The position numbers and the translations under genes were made by a program. This document shows positions 1 through 14,274 of a DNA stretch of 64,000 bases, one piece after another. Within the stretch, counting starts at the first letter, position 1. Each line of letters starts with the position of its first letter. The stretch lies in NCBI RefSeq assembly GCF_009914755.1, contig NC_060926.1, one strand, 5' to 3'. This DNA is from the human T2T-CHM13v2.0 reference genome, Homo sapiens. The notes under the pieces were generated by a model. The model had not been told where the DNA came from. It worked only from the letters and a program-made list of their open reading frames with translations, and did not search any database.

Positions 1-243
1 CACCAGGTCTTTGTTTTAGCACTACACACAGCTTTAGTTCTGATACGTATGTGCCCATTTCACAAATTGTATTGTAAATATCATCTTAATTACTTTCCAC
101 TTACAGTGACCCCTTCAAATATTCAAGGGAAGTGTAAGTGAAAGGTTTTGTACCCAAAATCTTGTTATTTTGTTTCAATTAAAGCCCAGGAAACGTGCTC
201 AACAAGTCTTTAAGAGTTATTCTTCAAGCAGACACCAATCATT

Positions 244-303
244 AAAAGAAAGAGGAGAAAGAAGAAAAGTAGGACAGAGAGAAGAAGAAAGAGGAAGGAG
301 GAG
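244..303. repeat. Purine-rich (GAA/GGA/GA) low-complexity tract
   Basis: aaaagaaagaggagaaagaagaaaag...gaagaagaaagaggaaggaggag; source of the R/E/K-rich ORF 170-358. Confidence 0.6.
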
Positions 304-1669
304 ACCTAGACAGGCTCCTAGAAGGGCTGGTGACTGCTGTCAATTCCTCCACTGTTAGAGAAATAGTCTTAATAAATCTTGTACAATGATAACCTTAAAT
401 CTTATCCCATTATCTACCAGATTATGATTGTTTGCCTACCATCAGTCAACTGACCCTGGAGGTACAACTATTTACCAAATATTATCAAAATACCTTCAAT
501 GACATGAAAAAGGTCATTTGAAATTTGATGAGATAATTCTAATTTTAAACAATATTAACTTTACATTTATACATATATTAGAAGAAACAATGCACCCATT
601 AGTCCCAGTCAAGGTGAAAGATCCCACTCTAATGAGATATTACATCAGGCAGAGGGTAAAATTACCCCGAGGAATAAATATTTCCTGAGAATAAAAATGG
701 AAACTATGCAACACAGGACTATTGGAATTCATTCATTCCAATTGCGTGGCAACAGACTGAAAAACATCCTCGTGACATTTATGTATGGGCGAACACTTTG
801 TGAATTTTTGGCATAAAAAGCATTAATGGATTATGTCAGAGATGAAGAAAATTGGTAGTAGATATAAATTCATAAAATATAGACTTATAAACATTGTACC
901 ACTTAAGTATCCCCCAATCTATATCCCAAATTTTACAATAAAATTAATGAAGCTCAGAAGTGATTTACCCATGATCACATCTGCAGTAATTATTTTGATG
1001 ATTCATGTTTATTTAAAATGTGTTATTTTGAGTTTTAGAAACTTGACTTAGACATATTTTAGTGGTGCCATCTTTGCTCTGTCTTAGGCACTTATTAGGT
1101 TGGGGAAGACTTCCTTGACTGGGTTGCCTCAAATATTCTTATTAACAACCATTTCTAAGTTAAAAAAAATACTACAATACCAATTTTATTACCTTAGTAT
1201 GCATTATATATTCTCATGTATCTGATCAGATTTAGTACCCTAAATTATAGAATTATTAGATGTAGTAAGTTTAATTCATCTCCAGTTGTGAGGCAAGTTG
1301 CTATAATTGTTTATAGAATTCTTCTCTAGACATGACAATAGGCAAAGATGACAAGTCATCATAATTCTTCTCTTCATGTGAAAGGAGAAGTACCCTTCTG
1401 GGCTTCAGTGATAATTTTCAGGAAATACCTGAAAAGAGTTTTTAAATGGAGATATATCTCAGAAACTTTGCAGTTATCACGTGCTTTATTTTTTCTAATG
1501 TGAAATTGAGCATGCTTCCTTAGAGAACAATACAACATTTTTGAGACTTTCTTGAGAACAGTAGTGAGAATGTACAGATTTTCATTTTAACGACTAGATT
1601 ATTAAAATGAATTTTATTTTAATTACTTATTTTTCTTACCAAATAAGGGAAAATTAAACATATTTTTAT

Positions 1670-1748
1670 GTTTAATTAGTTAGTTAGTAACTAATTACTA
1701 GTTAGTTAGTAACTAAACTAACTAGTTTAATTAGTAAGTTTAGTTTAG
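1670..1748. repeat. Quasi-palindromic TTAG/CTAA low-complexity array
   Basis: ttagttagttagtaactaattactagttagttagtaactaaactaactagtttaattagt: TTAG and CTAA units in alternating orientation. Confidence 0.75.
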
Positions 1749-2147
1749 AAGTGACAAGCCTGTAAAGGAAATTCATATAAGCATCTCTTAGGGAAAAAAA
1801 ATACCATTAAACCACCCTTCATCTCTATTTCTTCATTTCTGAATATGAAGATAAGAAAACACATGTTTTAGAACAATTTAATGTATCAAAAGATATATTG
1901 GTCTTAATGAGGGAAAATTATTGGAGCACAATAAATGCTTAATAAATAACGAATAGTGGTCTTAATTTTTAAGGACATATTTATTAATTAATTGATGCTT
2001 TTATTTTGCAGTATGCTAAGTTACTATATATGTTTGTAAAGGTGACAAACCTGTACCACTTAGTATATATTACATAATTCAGTTTTCATACTCATTTAAA
2101 ATATCTTATCTTCCTATAGTTATTTCTTCCAATTTATTCTTGATTAG

Positions 2148-2340
2148 GCAGTACAATATGATGGTTAGAAGTGTAAGCTTTAGTAGCAAACTGCATGTGG
2201 TAAAATTTTGCTCGACACCAACTGATTTCAGAATTTACCTAACCTCCCTATGCCTGGAATTTTTAATCTGTAAAATAGTGAAAACTATACCATTACCTCA
2301 TAGAACTGCTTGCAGGACTAAATTAGATAACACATTAATT
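2148..2340 (+). mobile_element. MIR SINE fragment
   Basis: MIR-core-like text ...cctaacctccctatgcctggaatttttaatctgtaaaatagtg...tacctcatagaactgcttgcaggactaaattagataa. Confidence 0.6.
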
Positions 2341-3061
2341 TATTTAAAATAAGATTTGTCTTGCAGTATCTGCTTGATAGATTTGGTTTATTTACCAATT
2401 TCATTTATTTGTATTGATGATTTGCATCATCTAAAATAAAAGAAATAAAAGGCTTTAATGTTAGGAGAGTTCGAAATTTGAGAAATACCTCTGGCCATAA
2501 GATCAATTCTATTCATGCAGAGAAAAAGTTGACATAATGGCAAAGCACTGGGCAAACGTGAAGGGATCTCAGTTGTAGAACTGGGTCTTGTGTGTGTTTC
2601 AGGAAAAGACTGGAATTGATATGTAGCCTGTAGTACACTTAATACCTAAAAGCTTCCTAGTGTTTGTAATAGTTTAGACGTATGGAAGGAATATAATAGT
2701 GACTATTTTTTTTAATCTGATCCATGCTCAACATTTCTGTCAGATTTGCATTGTGTTTGCTAGTTTACATCCTGTCTTCTTCCAAAGACATGTTTAGGGT
2801 GACATGCAGGGATCTACAGCATGTAAGTTAGAATAAATTGAATGCGTATAAGAAAGGCAGAAGGAATTCACGGTCTAAAGTCATAAACTTCAACCATGAG
2901 GAAAGATAATGTAAAAAACCTACCATATAGTCCTGTCAAACTGCTGGAGATGAGCTACGCATTTGCCTCTAAATATTCCCAAATTCCATATGAAAAAGAA
3001 AGCTAATTCCTTGAAAATTAAAATTGGCTTTTTTATTAATTGATACTATTTTTACATTTTA

Positions 3062-3497
<436 letters not shown>

Positions 3498-5002
3498 TTA
3501 ATCACTTTTGCTAGTCCTTCTAGAATAGTTTTTAACAGTAATGGAGATAATATTTTTGTCATATTTCTTACTATATTTGCAATATGTTTACTATTTCAAT
3601 ATTTAAGCATGATGCTACTTTTGCTTTATGAATGTATGGTAATGTAAAATACCCTATCAATCTATACTTCATTTATTAATACATATGTTATTTTCTGCAT
3701 TGATTAAGCTTATCAGATGTATTGCACGACCAGATGAATCTAGATTTTCTTAGGTCCCATATGTCCTTACCAGGAAAGTTGTATTGCTTCTCTGGCGAAC
3801 AGTCACCATTAATTTGCTCGCCAACAATAAATAGTTTTTATATGAGTTTGATTGCATAATGGCAGACATTTAATATTTAATGTGTATGAAATTTGATAGA
3901 GTATTTTTAACATGACAAAAATTAAAGCATACTCTTTGATATATGCACCAAATTTAAATGTTTACAATAGTTGATTTGTATTGATTGTTAATACAAATAA
4001 TTTAATATATGTATTAGGGCCAGGCTTCCTTTGTAGCTCTGGTTGCAATCTCTTATTTGGGTTAACATTCTAGAATCTCCGTAAAGTGAGATTGCCGTAC
4101 CCTGTCAGAATAAGGCAGTCATCTTGAGCAAACCTAAAAAAGTCAATTAAATGTGTCTGACACTGAAAAGAAAATGTACAAATCCATACGAGCCTTTGAC
4201 AGTAATACGCATCTCCCCAGAGCCCAGTGATTGCCTGGACCCCTTGCTTCTGAAGAGAAAAGAGACATCAAAGTGATTAGTCATGTAACCCCATTTCCAT
4301 CCTTGGCCAGCTGAGAAAATTTGAAGCAGAGAAAAGACAGTGAATTCCTAGACCATGACCAATGCTAAAATAAATGAATGTATATAATAAAATAAGAATG
4401 ATCTCTAGGTTAATTTAACTATGATAGTTAAGGAAAACACTGGAAACGCTGGTAGACACAAATAAATGATTTTTCACTTTAAAAATAATACAGCATTGGG
4501 TAATTTATGTTAATATAAATGGCACATTCTTACTTTCCTAAAAGTAACATTAATGGTGGACATTGATGTTGGACATATGGTTTTTTAAAAAATGTAGTAT
4601 CCAATTCTGTTTTTATGGGAAATTTTTATGAATAAGTAAATAACATCCTCCTTCCAGCTCTACTAGGAATCAGTAATGTGGACATAGAAGTGTGAATCAG
4701 ACACAGGTGAAAGTTCCCTTGCTGTCCATACCCCTCTTCCCCAATTTAAAACTAGTAACCACGGCTTAATAGCGAGCATAAATAATAGGATTTCCCAGTT
4801 GGTTTTTTTCTCTTTATCTTAATTCTCAAGGTTAATATGTTTTTATTTTTTAATTAACTGTGTATATAGAATAGAAAACACTTTAATTCTCTGTTCTGTT
4901 GACATCAAGAGAAATCCAACCCGTATTCCTTGTGTCATTACTCCAGAAATTTATTTCATCGCATCCTGGAGGCCTTGGTTGGAACAACTGAAGTTAAATC
5001 CT

Positions 5003-5031
5003 ACACACACACACACACGCACCCACACACA
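5003..5031. repeat. Imperfect (CA)n microsatellite
   Basis: acacacacacacacacgcacccacacaca. Confidence 0.85.
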
Positions 5032-5875
5032 CCCCTGAGGAAGTCATCATACCTACAACAGTTTTGTGCTGATAATTTTACTGATTTTGTTTATTCAAAA
5101 TGTATAAACTTCGGAAAGTTACCAGAACTCTACTAAGTTCTACAAGACCCTGTATTTGACTATTAGTAGCATGTAAAGAAACTGCAAAAAATATTTCCAT
5201 AAATTTCAACAGCAAAGTGGCCGCAGGTACAGCCTCATTCTATAATGTTGTTTTCTATCGAGATTCAGGAACATGGTATCCTCTTAGTAAACACTTGGCA
5301 TTTGCTGGACTGCTCTAGGCAAGCTTGCAGTGCTTTGCATACAAATTATCACATTATTCCCTGTGTATTCCTGGTGAGGTAGATAGAAATAACGCTGTTT
5401 AACAAAAAGGTCACAAATCCCTGTATGTATCCAGCAACTTGGTAAGAACAAAAAGTGAACCATTCAATGTACAGTTAAGAAAAAATAATCACACAACTCT
5501 GTAAACTTTTATGTCTGCTGCATTTAAGAAGTAAAAAATGAGTTATAAAAGAATAACGGATGCTTTCAAATTTATGTAAGAGGTAATAGTTTTTTATGAT
5601 AAATATCCAAATACATTATCTACACACTATGAAAGTTGGCAAAATATGCATATCTATAACACAAAGAAATAACTTGTGTTTGCACAGACAGACTTTTTGT
5701 TTATTGAGTAGCCAGATCATTCAGTGAAACATTCTGATCTATCTTATTAAAAGGTCAATTACTTAAATAAATATTTATTAAATGGTTACTTGTTTTCAGT
5801 AATTGCTATTGGCCCCAAAAATAAGTTGTTGTTCCTAACTTCTAACTGTCCCCTTGCCAGTCACGGAGAGGTTAA

Positions 5876-6212
<337 letters not shown>

Positions 6213-7907
6213 TGAAAGCAACTTTCTTAATTGATAAATTAACAGCAAAAGTTATAGTCCATTGATTTGCTTGTGTGTCTGAGGCAAATATGGCTGGTGG
6301 CAGTGGTATGAGTCCAATTGAACAAGATGAAACTGTGGTACCTGTGCAATATCAAAGTGGTCTTCAAGAGACACTTGAGCATATTTTCTTTCAGTACCTA
6401 TCTTAACAAAGTGATTAAAGGTCAGGTTTAAGACCAGTCATTTCAGACACAGTTCCATACTCTGATTCCAATATATGGCACTAAAATGTAGTTATTTCAT
6501 GAGGTCCAAAATGTTAAGTTAGTACAAGACAATGAAGCAGAAACTATTTTAATTCAAGTAACTATTTTTAGGATTCAAAGGAATTATATATACACTTCTG
6601 GAAAGCAATGGAATAAAGCAATACAATTATTAGGTAATATAAGTCAGACTTTAAAGCAAATAAGTTTCTATTTAGAAGAGCTTAACACTTGTTAAGCACA
6701 CCAGTTTATAAAATATCATGTGCCAATAAATAGAAAAGTACGAGACAATTTTGAAGTGGTTAAAAGCAAGCCTATTCATTGGTGTTATATAGTGGCCAAT
6801 ATATAAACACATATTGATATAATACTTCTGAACTTTCTTAAACATTAGACATATTTTATTTCAAGTATACTACTATTTTCAAGATTACAAAGCAGAACAC
6901 TATAAATTGAGGCAAAGTGTAAACTCACATGTTATTCTTGGCAAAATTGAGATTGATATTTAAATAAGTAGCTTATACATATTGACATTTAATATATCAT
7001 AATGACAAAAAATAATATTTCTAACCTAAAATAAGTGTTCATATGCTTCTATATGGCAATAACCCACAAGTATGTAATCTCAACAGAATCAATTGTTCCA
7101 TAACAACATAGAGACTAATCTGTAGTGAAAAGTTGAATAATTCTTTTGTTGATGAAGCATTGAAAGGCTTTTATTTTAAAAAGGAAATAGTTATAGGATA
7201 CATAACTTTCAAATTTGCAGATAAAATTTTGTTATGATATATGCTAAAAGGTCTTGTATAATTTAGTCAGTATTCAAAAATTCAGAGACTAGCATGATGT
7301 GTGCTAAAACTTAAGAAATAAAATTTAATTTAGGTCCTACTAGTGGTTACAACTAAAGTGTCTGTTCATCTCCCAAAATGTTTTTCTTTTGAAAACTTGT
7401 TTACTTACCAGAATGGACCCTAGTAGCCGTGTGAATTCAAGGTGGCTTTCCTCTCCAGACACAATGGTTTAAGCCAGAATTAGACACTCAGTATCTGCAT
7501 GTGCTAGGAAACAAAATTAAGGTAAACTCAAGAGTTCCTCGGCTCTGTTGAACAATTTCTGAAAAAAATAAGTGAATGAGAATCCAGAGGGAGCACATTT
7601 TCACACGGAAAAGAACTGGGAACATGTATTTAGAAATAAAATAAAAGTAGAAGCAGAGTTTACCTGTTGGTTTTCCAATGCCTTTCATTCAGACATACCT
7701 ATTAATATATGTAGGTCATTGATAGTGGTGGTGATTAAAACTCAGAAATAGGACTGTAATTCTATTTTCTGGGATCTATGAAGACATGACTGATCATAAC
7801 AGAGATATACATAATTATTAATAAATTGATCATAACAGAGATATTAGTAAAATAATTATTACTAAGATGAAAGATACAAGTAATTATTAATAAAATGCAG
7901 TATCCCG

Positions 7908-8216
<309 letters not shown>

Positions 8217-8340
8217 AATAAAATGCAGTATGCCTAAAGCTAGTAGGACTACACTAAGCTTGTCTGGATGGATGACAGATACAGAGAAATAAATTGTCAT
8301 TTAGGAGACATGTTGGTCAGCCTTAAAAATAAAGAAAATA

Positions 8341-9340
8341 TATTTGCTATTGTGAGTATTGCTACAATAAGCATACCAGTGCAGGTATCTTTTTAATATG
8401 ATTTCTTTCACTTTGAGTATATAGCCAATAGTGGGATTACTGAATTGAATGGTAGTTCTATTTTTGGTTCCTTGAGAGAACTCCATACTGTTTTTCATAA
8501 AGGTTGTACTAATGTACATTCCCACCAACAATGTGTAAGCATTCCTTTTTCCTCGCATTCTCATTAACACCTGTTGTTTTTAGACTTCTTAATAAAAGCT
8601 ATTCCAACTGGTGTAGGATAGTATCTCCTTGTGGTTTTAACTTTCATTTCTCTGATGATTAGTGATGTTAAGCATTTTCTTCACATTTCTTGGCTACCAT
8701 ATTTCTTTTGAAATATGTCTGTTCATGTCGTTTGCTCATTTTTAATAGGACTGTTTGTTTTTTTTTCTCGTTGAATTCCTTGTAGATTCTAGATATTAGC
8801 CCTTTATCAGATGCATAGTTTGCAAATATTTGTTCCCATTGTGTGGGCTGTCTCTTCACTCTGTTGATCGTTTCTTTTCCTGTGCAGAAGCTTTTTAGTT
8901 TAAGTCCTGTTTGTCTATTTTTGTTTTGGTTTTATTTGCTTAGTCATAAATTATTTGCCTAGGCCAACGTCCAACAAAGATTTGCCCTAGGTTTTCTTCT
9001 AGGAATGTTTTAGTTTCAGGTCTTAGGTTTAGGTCCTTAATCCATTTGAGTTAATTTTTTTATATGGTAAGAGATATGGATCCAGTTTCATCCTTTCACT
9101 TATGACTATACAATTTTCCCAGCAAAACTGATTAAATAGGGTGTCATTTCCCTATTTGCACCCCATTTGTTGACTTTTTCAAAAATCAGTTGGTTGCAGG
9201 TATGCGGCTTTATTTCTGGGTTCTCTATTCTGTTTCATATATCTGTGTATCTATTTTTATATCAGCACCATGCTATTTTGGTTACTATATCCTTGTAGCA
9301 TAATTCAAAGTCAGGTAATGTCAGCTAATGTGATGCCTTC
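8341..9340 (-). mobile_element. L1 (L1PB/L1MA-type) ORF2 3' part, inverted segment
   Basis: Minus-strand ORF remnant [28 protein letters not shown] matches the L1 ORF2p C-terminal region; many stops and frameshifts. Confidence 0.9.
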
Positions 9341-9384
9341 AGCTAAGTCTCCATCAGTGGAGTATTGGATAAAGAAAATATGGT

Positions 9385-9428
<44 letters not shown>

Positions 9429-9760
9429 CATGGAATACTAACCAGCCATAAAGAAGAATGATATAATGTATTTTGCAGCAACATGGATGGAACTAGAGGC
9501 CATTATCCAGAAACAGAAAGTAAAATATGGTGTGTTCTCACTTATAAGTGGGAGCTTAATAATGGTACACAGGGACCCATACAAAAAGTTGGAAAGGTGG
9601 GAGGTGGGTGAGGATTGAAAAAAAATTATCTATTGGCTACAATGTTCATTATTTTGGTGATGGGTACGCTAAAAACCCACACTTCACTATGACACAATAT
9701 AAGCATGAGATAAACCTGTACTTCTACTCCCTAAATATATAAAAATAAAAAATAAAAAAT
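9341..9760 (+). mobile_element. L1 (L1PB/L1MA-type) 3' end, non-inverted segment with A-rich tail
   Basis: ggataaagaaaatatgg...ttttgcagcaacatggatggaactagaggccattat...ctcacttataagtgggagc...ggtgatgggtacgctaaaaacccacacttcac; A-rich tail at ~9740-9760. Confidence 0.9.
9387..9426. repeat. (AC)20 microsatellite within L1
   Basis: Uninterrupted AC run. Confidence 0.95.
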
Positions 9761-11097
9761 GGTGGTTTAGAAAAGTGAGAAATTTTTTTAAAACAATTAA
9801 AAAAAAATAAACAGAGAGGCATAGCAGCCAGTTTTAAGTTCATACGACTCTCTCCGGAGAACTGGAATAAGATGACTTTTAGAAATGATATTTGGCATGC
9901 CTCGCAGATACAGAAGACATGAAAGTATGGGATAGGTATAAAGCGACTAGAGTCTAATTCTAATAAATATACAATTAATGTAACAAATTTTACCTGAGTC
10001 TATGCCTGCAAGCTTCTCCAGAGATTTTTGTCTTTTAACAAGTGTAGCTTTTCACATGGAGATTATGCACTAGCGCTTTTATTGTAACTCTTGTGCTGTT
10101 GGCAGCTTATTGCTCAACATAATCAAAGAAATTCTGCTTTTATATTTGTCTTTTACAAATATCCTTACCCTGATTTAACATTCCAGAAGCATAACAACTT
10201 TGAGAAACTAGGAAGTTTGAACCTTTGAGTTTGCCAGGCAATAATAAAGGGTGAGTTCAGGTTTGGAATAAATGCAACAGTAAGGAACTGGGAAGGCTTC
10301 CCAGATTACACTTTTTAAATTGTGCTTTATTTTCAAATTTGTCTAACAGGTTTTCAAGTAGAGTTAATATTACACCTGGGCTAATGCTGGTCTACTTGTG
10401 AATGATTTTGCTATATTTTTCCTTGAAAGTTACATTTAAAATTAATGTGGAATTTTGCATCCATTCTACTCTAATATCTAGTCTGTGTAACTCTCCAGGA
10501 ATAAATACATTCAATTTGCATGAAAGCTGTGGGTCTATATAATTGGTGGCAGACTCAGATTGTAGCCGCTCTGTGTCAAGATGGCCCACTCATAACTTGG
10601 TTCGTATCTGTCTGTCTGTAGAAGCCCTACGTATCCATCAGGCAAGGGAAAAAAGAAACTCTGGGGCCAGAGCTGGACCTTCCCATGGTACAGAAACCTA
10701 TCTACGGTAGCTCCACTCCTTTTCCTTCCATAAAACTAATTAAATGCGGTATCATATTGATGCCTATTCGTGCCTTGTAAGTCTGGTTGCTAGCTGTGTC
10801 CCTTGGCAATAGGTAACGAAGTTCAGGGGTATTAAAAATTGCTTTAGTATAGATTAGTGATATAATAAAATTAATTTTTGAAAGGCAAATACTAAGGTTC
10901 CATGAATATTAAGATTATATTCATAAATTCTTATGCTTAAAACATAACAGACTCTTAATAAACAGAATTTCCCTTTCTATGAGTTTCTGACACTATTCAA
11001 GACATTTGGTGAGAGGAATGAAACAAAGTATAGGACATTTATAACAATAAATCTAAAATATTCTTAAAGCAACATGAAAATAATTTGAGAGTTAAAA

Positions 11098-11150
11098 TAG
11101 GTAAAGCCATATGAAGTTGTCATTTTTATAAATCAAACATTTTGAATTAT
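11098..11150. mobile_element. Possible MADE2 (mariner MITE) half fragment
   Basis: taggtaaagccatatgaagttgtcatttttataaatcaaa resembles the recalled MADE2 TIR ttaggttgaaccatatgaaattgcc; second TIR not seen. Confidence 0.3.
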
Positions 11151-11396
11151 TTTTGTTACTTTTCTGACAGAACACAATGCAGAAACAAATGTCCACAACA
11201 AAACAAAAAATACATTGTTGATAAGAGAAGAGTTATTTTACACAAAATCTTGCATATAATCAACTTTAATTTGCCTCCCCAGCTGGCTTTGTCTGACTAG
11301 GCCCAGATGACTGGGCAAATGAGGACTATATTGTGGGGAGAAAAAACAAAAAACCACAGCAAAGCCAGGCAAAGTGGCTCAAGCCTGTAATCCCAG

Positions 11397-11949
11397 TGTG
11401 TCTGGAGTTGGTTTCTTCTGGCGGGTTCATGGTCTCACTGACTTCAGGAAGGGAGACGCGGACCTTCGCAATGAGTGGTACAGCTCTTAAAGATGGCACA
11501 GACCCAAAGAGTGAGCAGCAGCAAGATTTATTGTGAAGAGTGAAAGAACAAAGCTTCCACACCATGGAAGGGGAGCCCAGCCGGTTGCCACTGGTGGTTG
11601 GGGTGGCCAGCTTTTATTCCCTTATTTGTCCCCTCCCATGTTCTGTTTCTGTCCTATCAGAGTGCCCTTTTTTCAATTCTCCCCACGACTGGCTATTTTC
11701 AGACTCCTGCTGATTGGTGCATTTTACAGAGTGCTGATTGCTGCATTTTACAGAGCACTGATTGCTGCATTTTACAGAGCACTGATTGGTGCATTTTACA
11801 ATCCTCTTGCTAGCTACAGAGCGCTGATTGGTGCATTTTACAATCCTAGCTACAGAGTGCTGATTGGTGTGTTTTACAATCCTCTTGTAAGACAGAAAAG
11901 TTTTCCAAGTCCCCACTTGACCCAGAAGTCCAGCTGGCTTCACGTCTCA
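11397..11949 (-). mobile_element. Solo LTR12 (ERV9; short LTR12/LTR12F-like, 553 bp)
   Basis: TG...CA termini; minus strand begins tgagacgtgaagccagctggacttc; ctgattggtgcattttaca repeats; 4-bp TSD ccag at 11393-11396 and 11950-11953. Confidence 0.95.
11585..11880 (-). promoter_or_regulatory. LTR12 U3 promoter/enhancer: CCAAT (NF-Y) repeat array and AATAAA TATA-like box
   Basis: 4 intact ATTGG plus 2 mutated ATTGC repeat units; tttatt at 11613-11618 is the ERV9 TATA-like element on the minus strand. Activity is not shown by sequence. Confidence 0.6.
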
Positions 11950-12056
11950 CCAGCAGTTTGGGAGGCCAATGCAGGTGGATCACTTGAGGCCAGGGGTTCA
12001 AGACCAGTGTGGCCAACATGGTGAAACCCCATCTCTATTAAAAAATACAAAAATTA

Positions 12057-12353
<297 letters not shown>

Positions 12354-12648
12354 TTAGGCACATTATCTCCATTGTCATAACAATAACCTATTCTTTGTGA
12401 CTTTTTATGCAGATATGTTTTATACATTTCAATGAATTACATTTAATATTTACAATTCTGCCAGGAAGATATTGTTATCCAACTCAAACAGTTATAAGAA
12501 TTCAGGACTTGAAGAATTAAAGAATTATATGACAGAGTCACAGTGTGAACTCATGTCTCTGGGTCTTCAAACCCCAGGCTCTTTAACCTGTGTCTCCTTA
12601 TCTGAAATGAAAAACACAAAAGGCAGTAAATTCCAAACAACAACAAAT

Positions 12649-12687
12649 ACACACACAGACACACACACACATACACACACACACACA
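12649..12687. repeat. Imperfect (CA)n microsatellite
   Basis: acacacacagacacacacacacatacacacacacacaca. Confidence 0.85.
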
Positions 12688-13819
12688 GGAATTTCCAGGG
12701 ATATTCATCAAAAGCATTTACTTGCAAATGTTTAGCTGCTGATGACTGAGGTAAGGGAGAGCCATTGAAACATGTAATAGGCAGACATAAAAGTACTGAA
12801 AGGAAGAAGTTAGGGAAGGAGATACTTAGGAAAATAAGTCTTAGAAGAGTATCTCTCAGTGAATATTCAGGTCATATGCATGCATATATTTAGACTGGCA
12901 GTGTTGTGCAATTGGTAGGAATCCAAACTATGAATCTGGTCTTCACCAAGCAAAGAACTTTATTTTGCCTATGGTTGTCACTTATATCAATTTAAAATTT
13001 GTTTCATCAGTTAGAGGTACTTTTTTTGTTAGAAAATTAACCTTTTGACTTCCACTAAGCCTTCCATTTCTGGATCTCTTTGTATATTAAATCATTATAA
13101 TAAACCACTAATAAACCATTACTACAATAATGTAATTAAAATCTATTGCATTCAGCTTTCAAATATTTTGTGGAAGGAGCAGGTGATTATGTTATGAATA
13201 AACAAATCAGTCAGTTCCTGATTGGAAGAAAAATGCAAATCAGAAACTATTTTAATAAGGACAGTTATTTTAGTGATTATAGGGTTGTTTGCTTGATTCC
13301 TTCTGCAGATACTATTAGTTGAAAGGTAGCAGCACTATACAATTTTATAGATAGTACTAAGATAAGATTAATATGGTAAAGCCCCATCTTTTTTCTTTTT
13401 TAATAAAACAAGAAGAGTTATGCAGATAGGGAATGCTTTGTAATGAAAACATACAATAATTTTTATCTTTCACCTGCAAGTTTATATTATTCTGATTTGG
13501 GATATAAAATAGAAGACACATATTTAACTTAAAATATAATTTTTCATATTATGTACATTTGTTTAATCTTCATAAAATATTTACTATGAAGAGAAAAAAT
13601 ATTTATAATGAAACATGAATTTCGTACCGTTCCTGTTGGAAATTAAATATTCAAAATTTAATGAGCATAATTAAGAACATAACAATGCCTCAAAAAACAT
13701 AGTAATGAGAAAATAAAAAAACTAATTAGAATATTAGGAAAAAAGAATTTAATGCAAAATTTCAGCCTTTTTTCAGACATAACTGATGACTGAGGTATGG
13801 AAAGTTCCCTGTCTTGACT

Positions 13820-13910
13820 AAATTATTATAATTATTGTAATAATTATAAATTTATAATTATACATATAATTATAATAATTATAATTATTGTACTAATTAT
13901 AATAATTACT
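13820..13910. repeat. Palindromic AT-rich (TTATAA/TAAT) array
   Basis: Contains the perfect 20-bp palindrome taattataaatttataatta at 13841-13860. Confidence 0.8.
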
Positions 13911-14183
13911 ACATTCTGTTGCCCAGGCTAGAGTGTAGTGGCTCCATTTTGGCTCTCTGCAACCTGTCCCCACTCCTGGGCTCAACTGATCTCTCCACCT
14001 CAGCCTCCTGAGTAGCTGGGACCACAGATGCATACTGCTATCCCTGGCTACTTTTTGTATTTTTTGTAGAGGCAGGGTTTTGCCATGTTGCCCAGGCTTG
14101 TCTCGACTCCTCAACTCAAGTGATCCGCCTGCCTTGGCCTTCCAAAGTGCTGAAATTACAAGCATGGGCCACCACACTCAGTC
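13911..14183 (-). mobile_element. AluJ (Jb-like), tail missing
   Basis: ctcctgggctcaactgatc, ttttttgtagaggcagggttttgccatgttgcccaggc: AluJ-type diagnostics. Confidence 0.88.
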
Positions 14184-14274
14184 TATATTTTTAATTAAAA
14201 AAACTACTATTAAAATATAACGCTTATAATGATGTCAATAAATATGATAGGGTAGGAAACGCCAAAACTCCGTT

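Noticed and set aside
170-358. Basic R/E/K-rich 62-aa ORF
   Set aside because: Starts at TTG, explained by a purine-rich tract, and has no family resemblance or clear splice context.
10240-10830. Slightly GC-richer block that may be an ancient LTR or an enhancer
   Set aside because: No termini, TSD or family match I can support by eye; needs a Dfam search and conservation tracks.
11533-12024. 163-aa ORF with repeated LIGAFY motifs
   Set aside because: Translation of the 24-bp LTR12 CCAAT repeats running into Alu; not a repeat protein.
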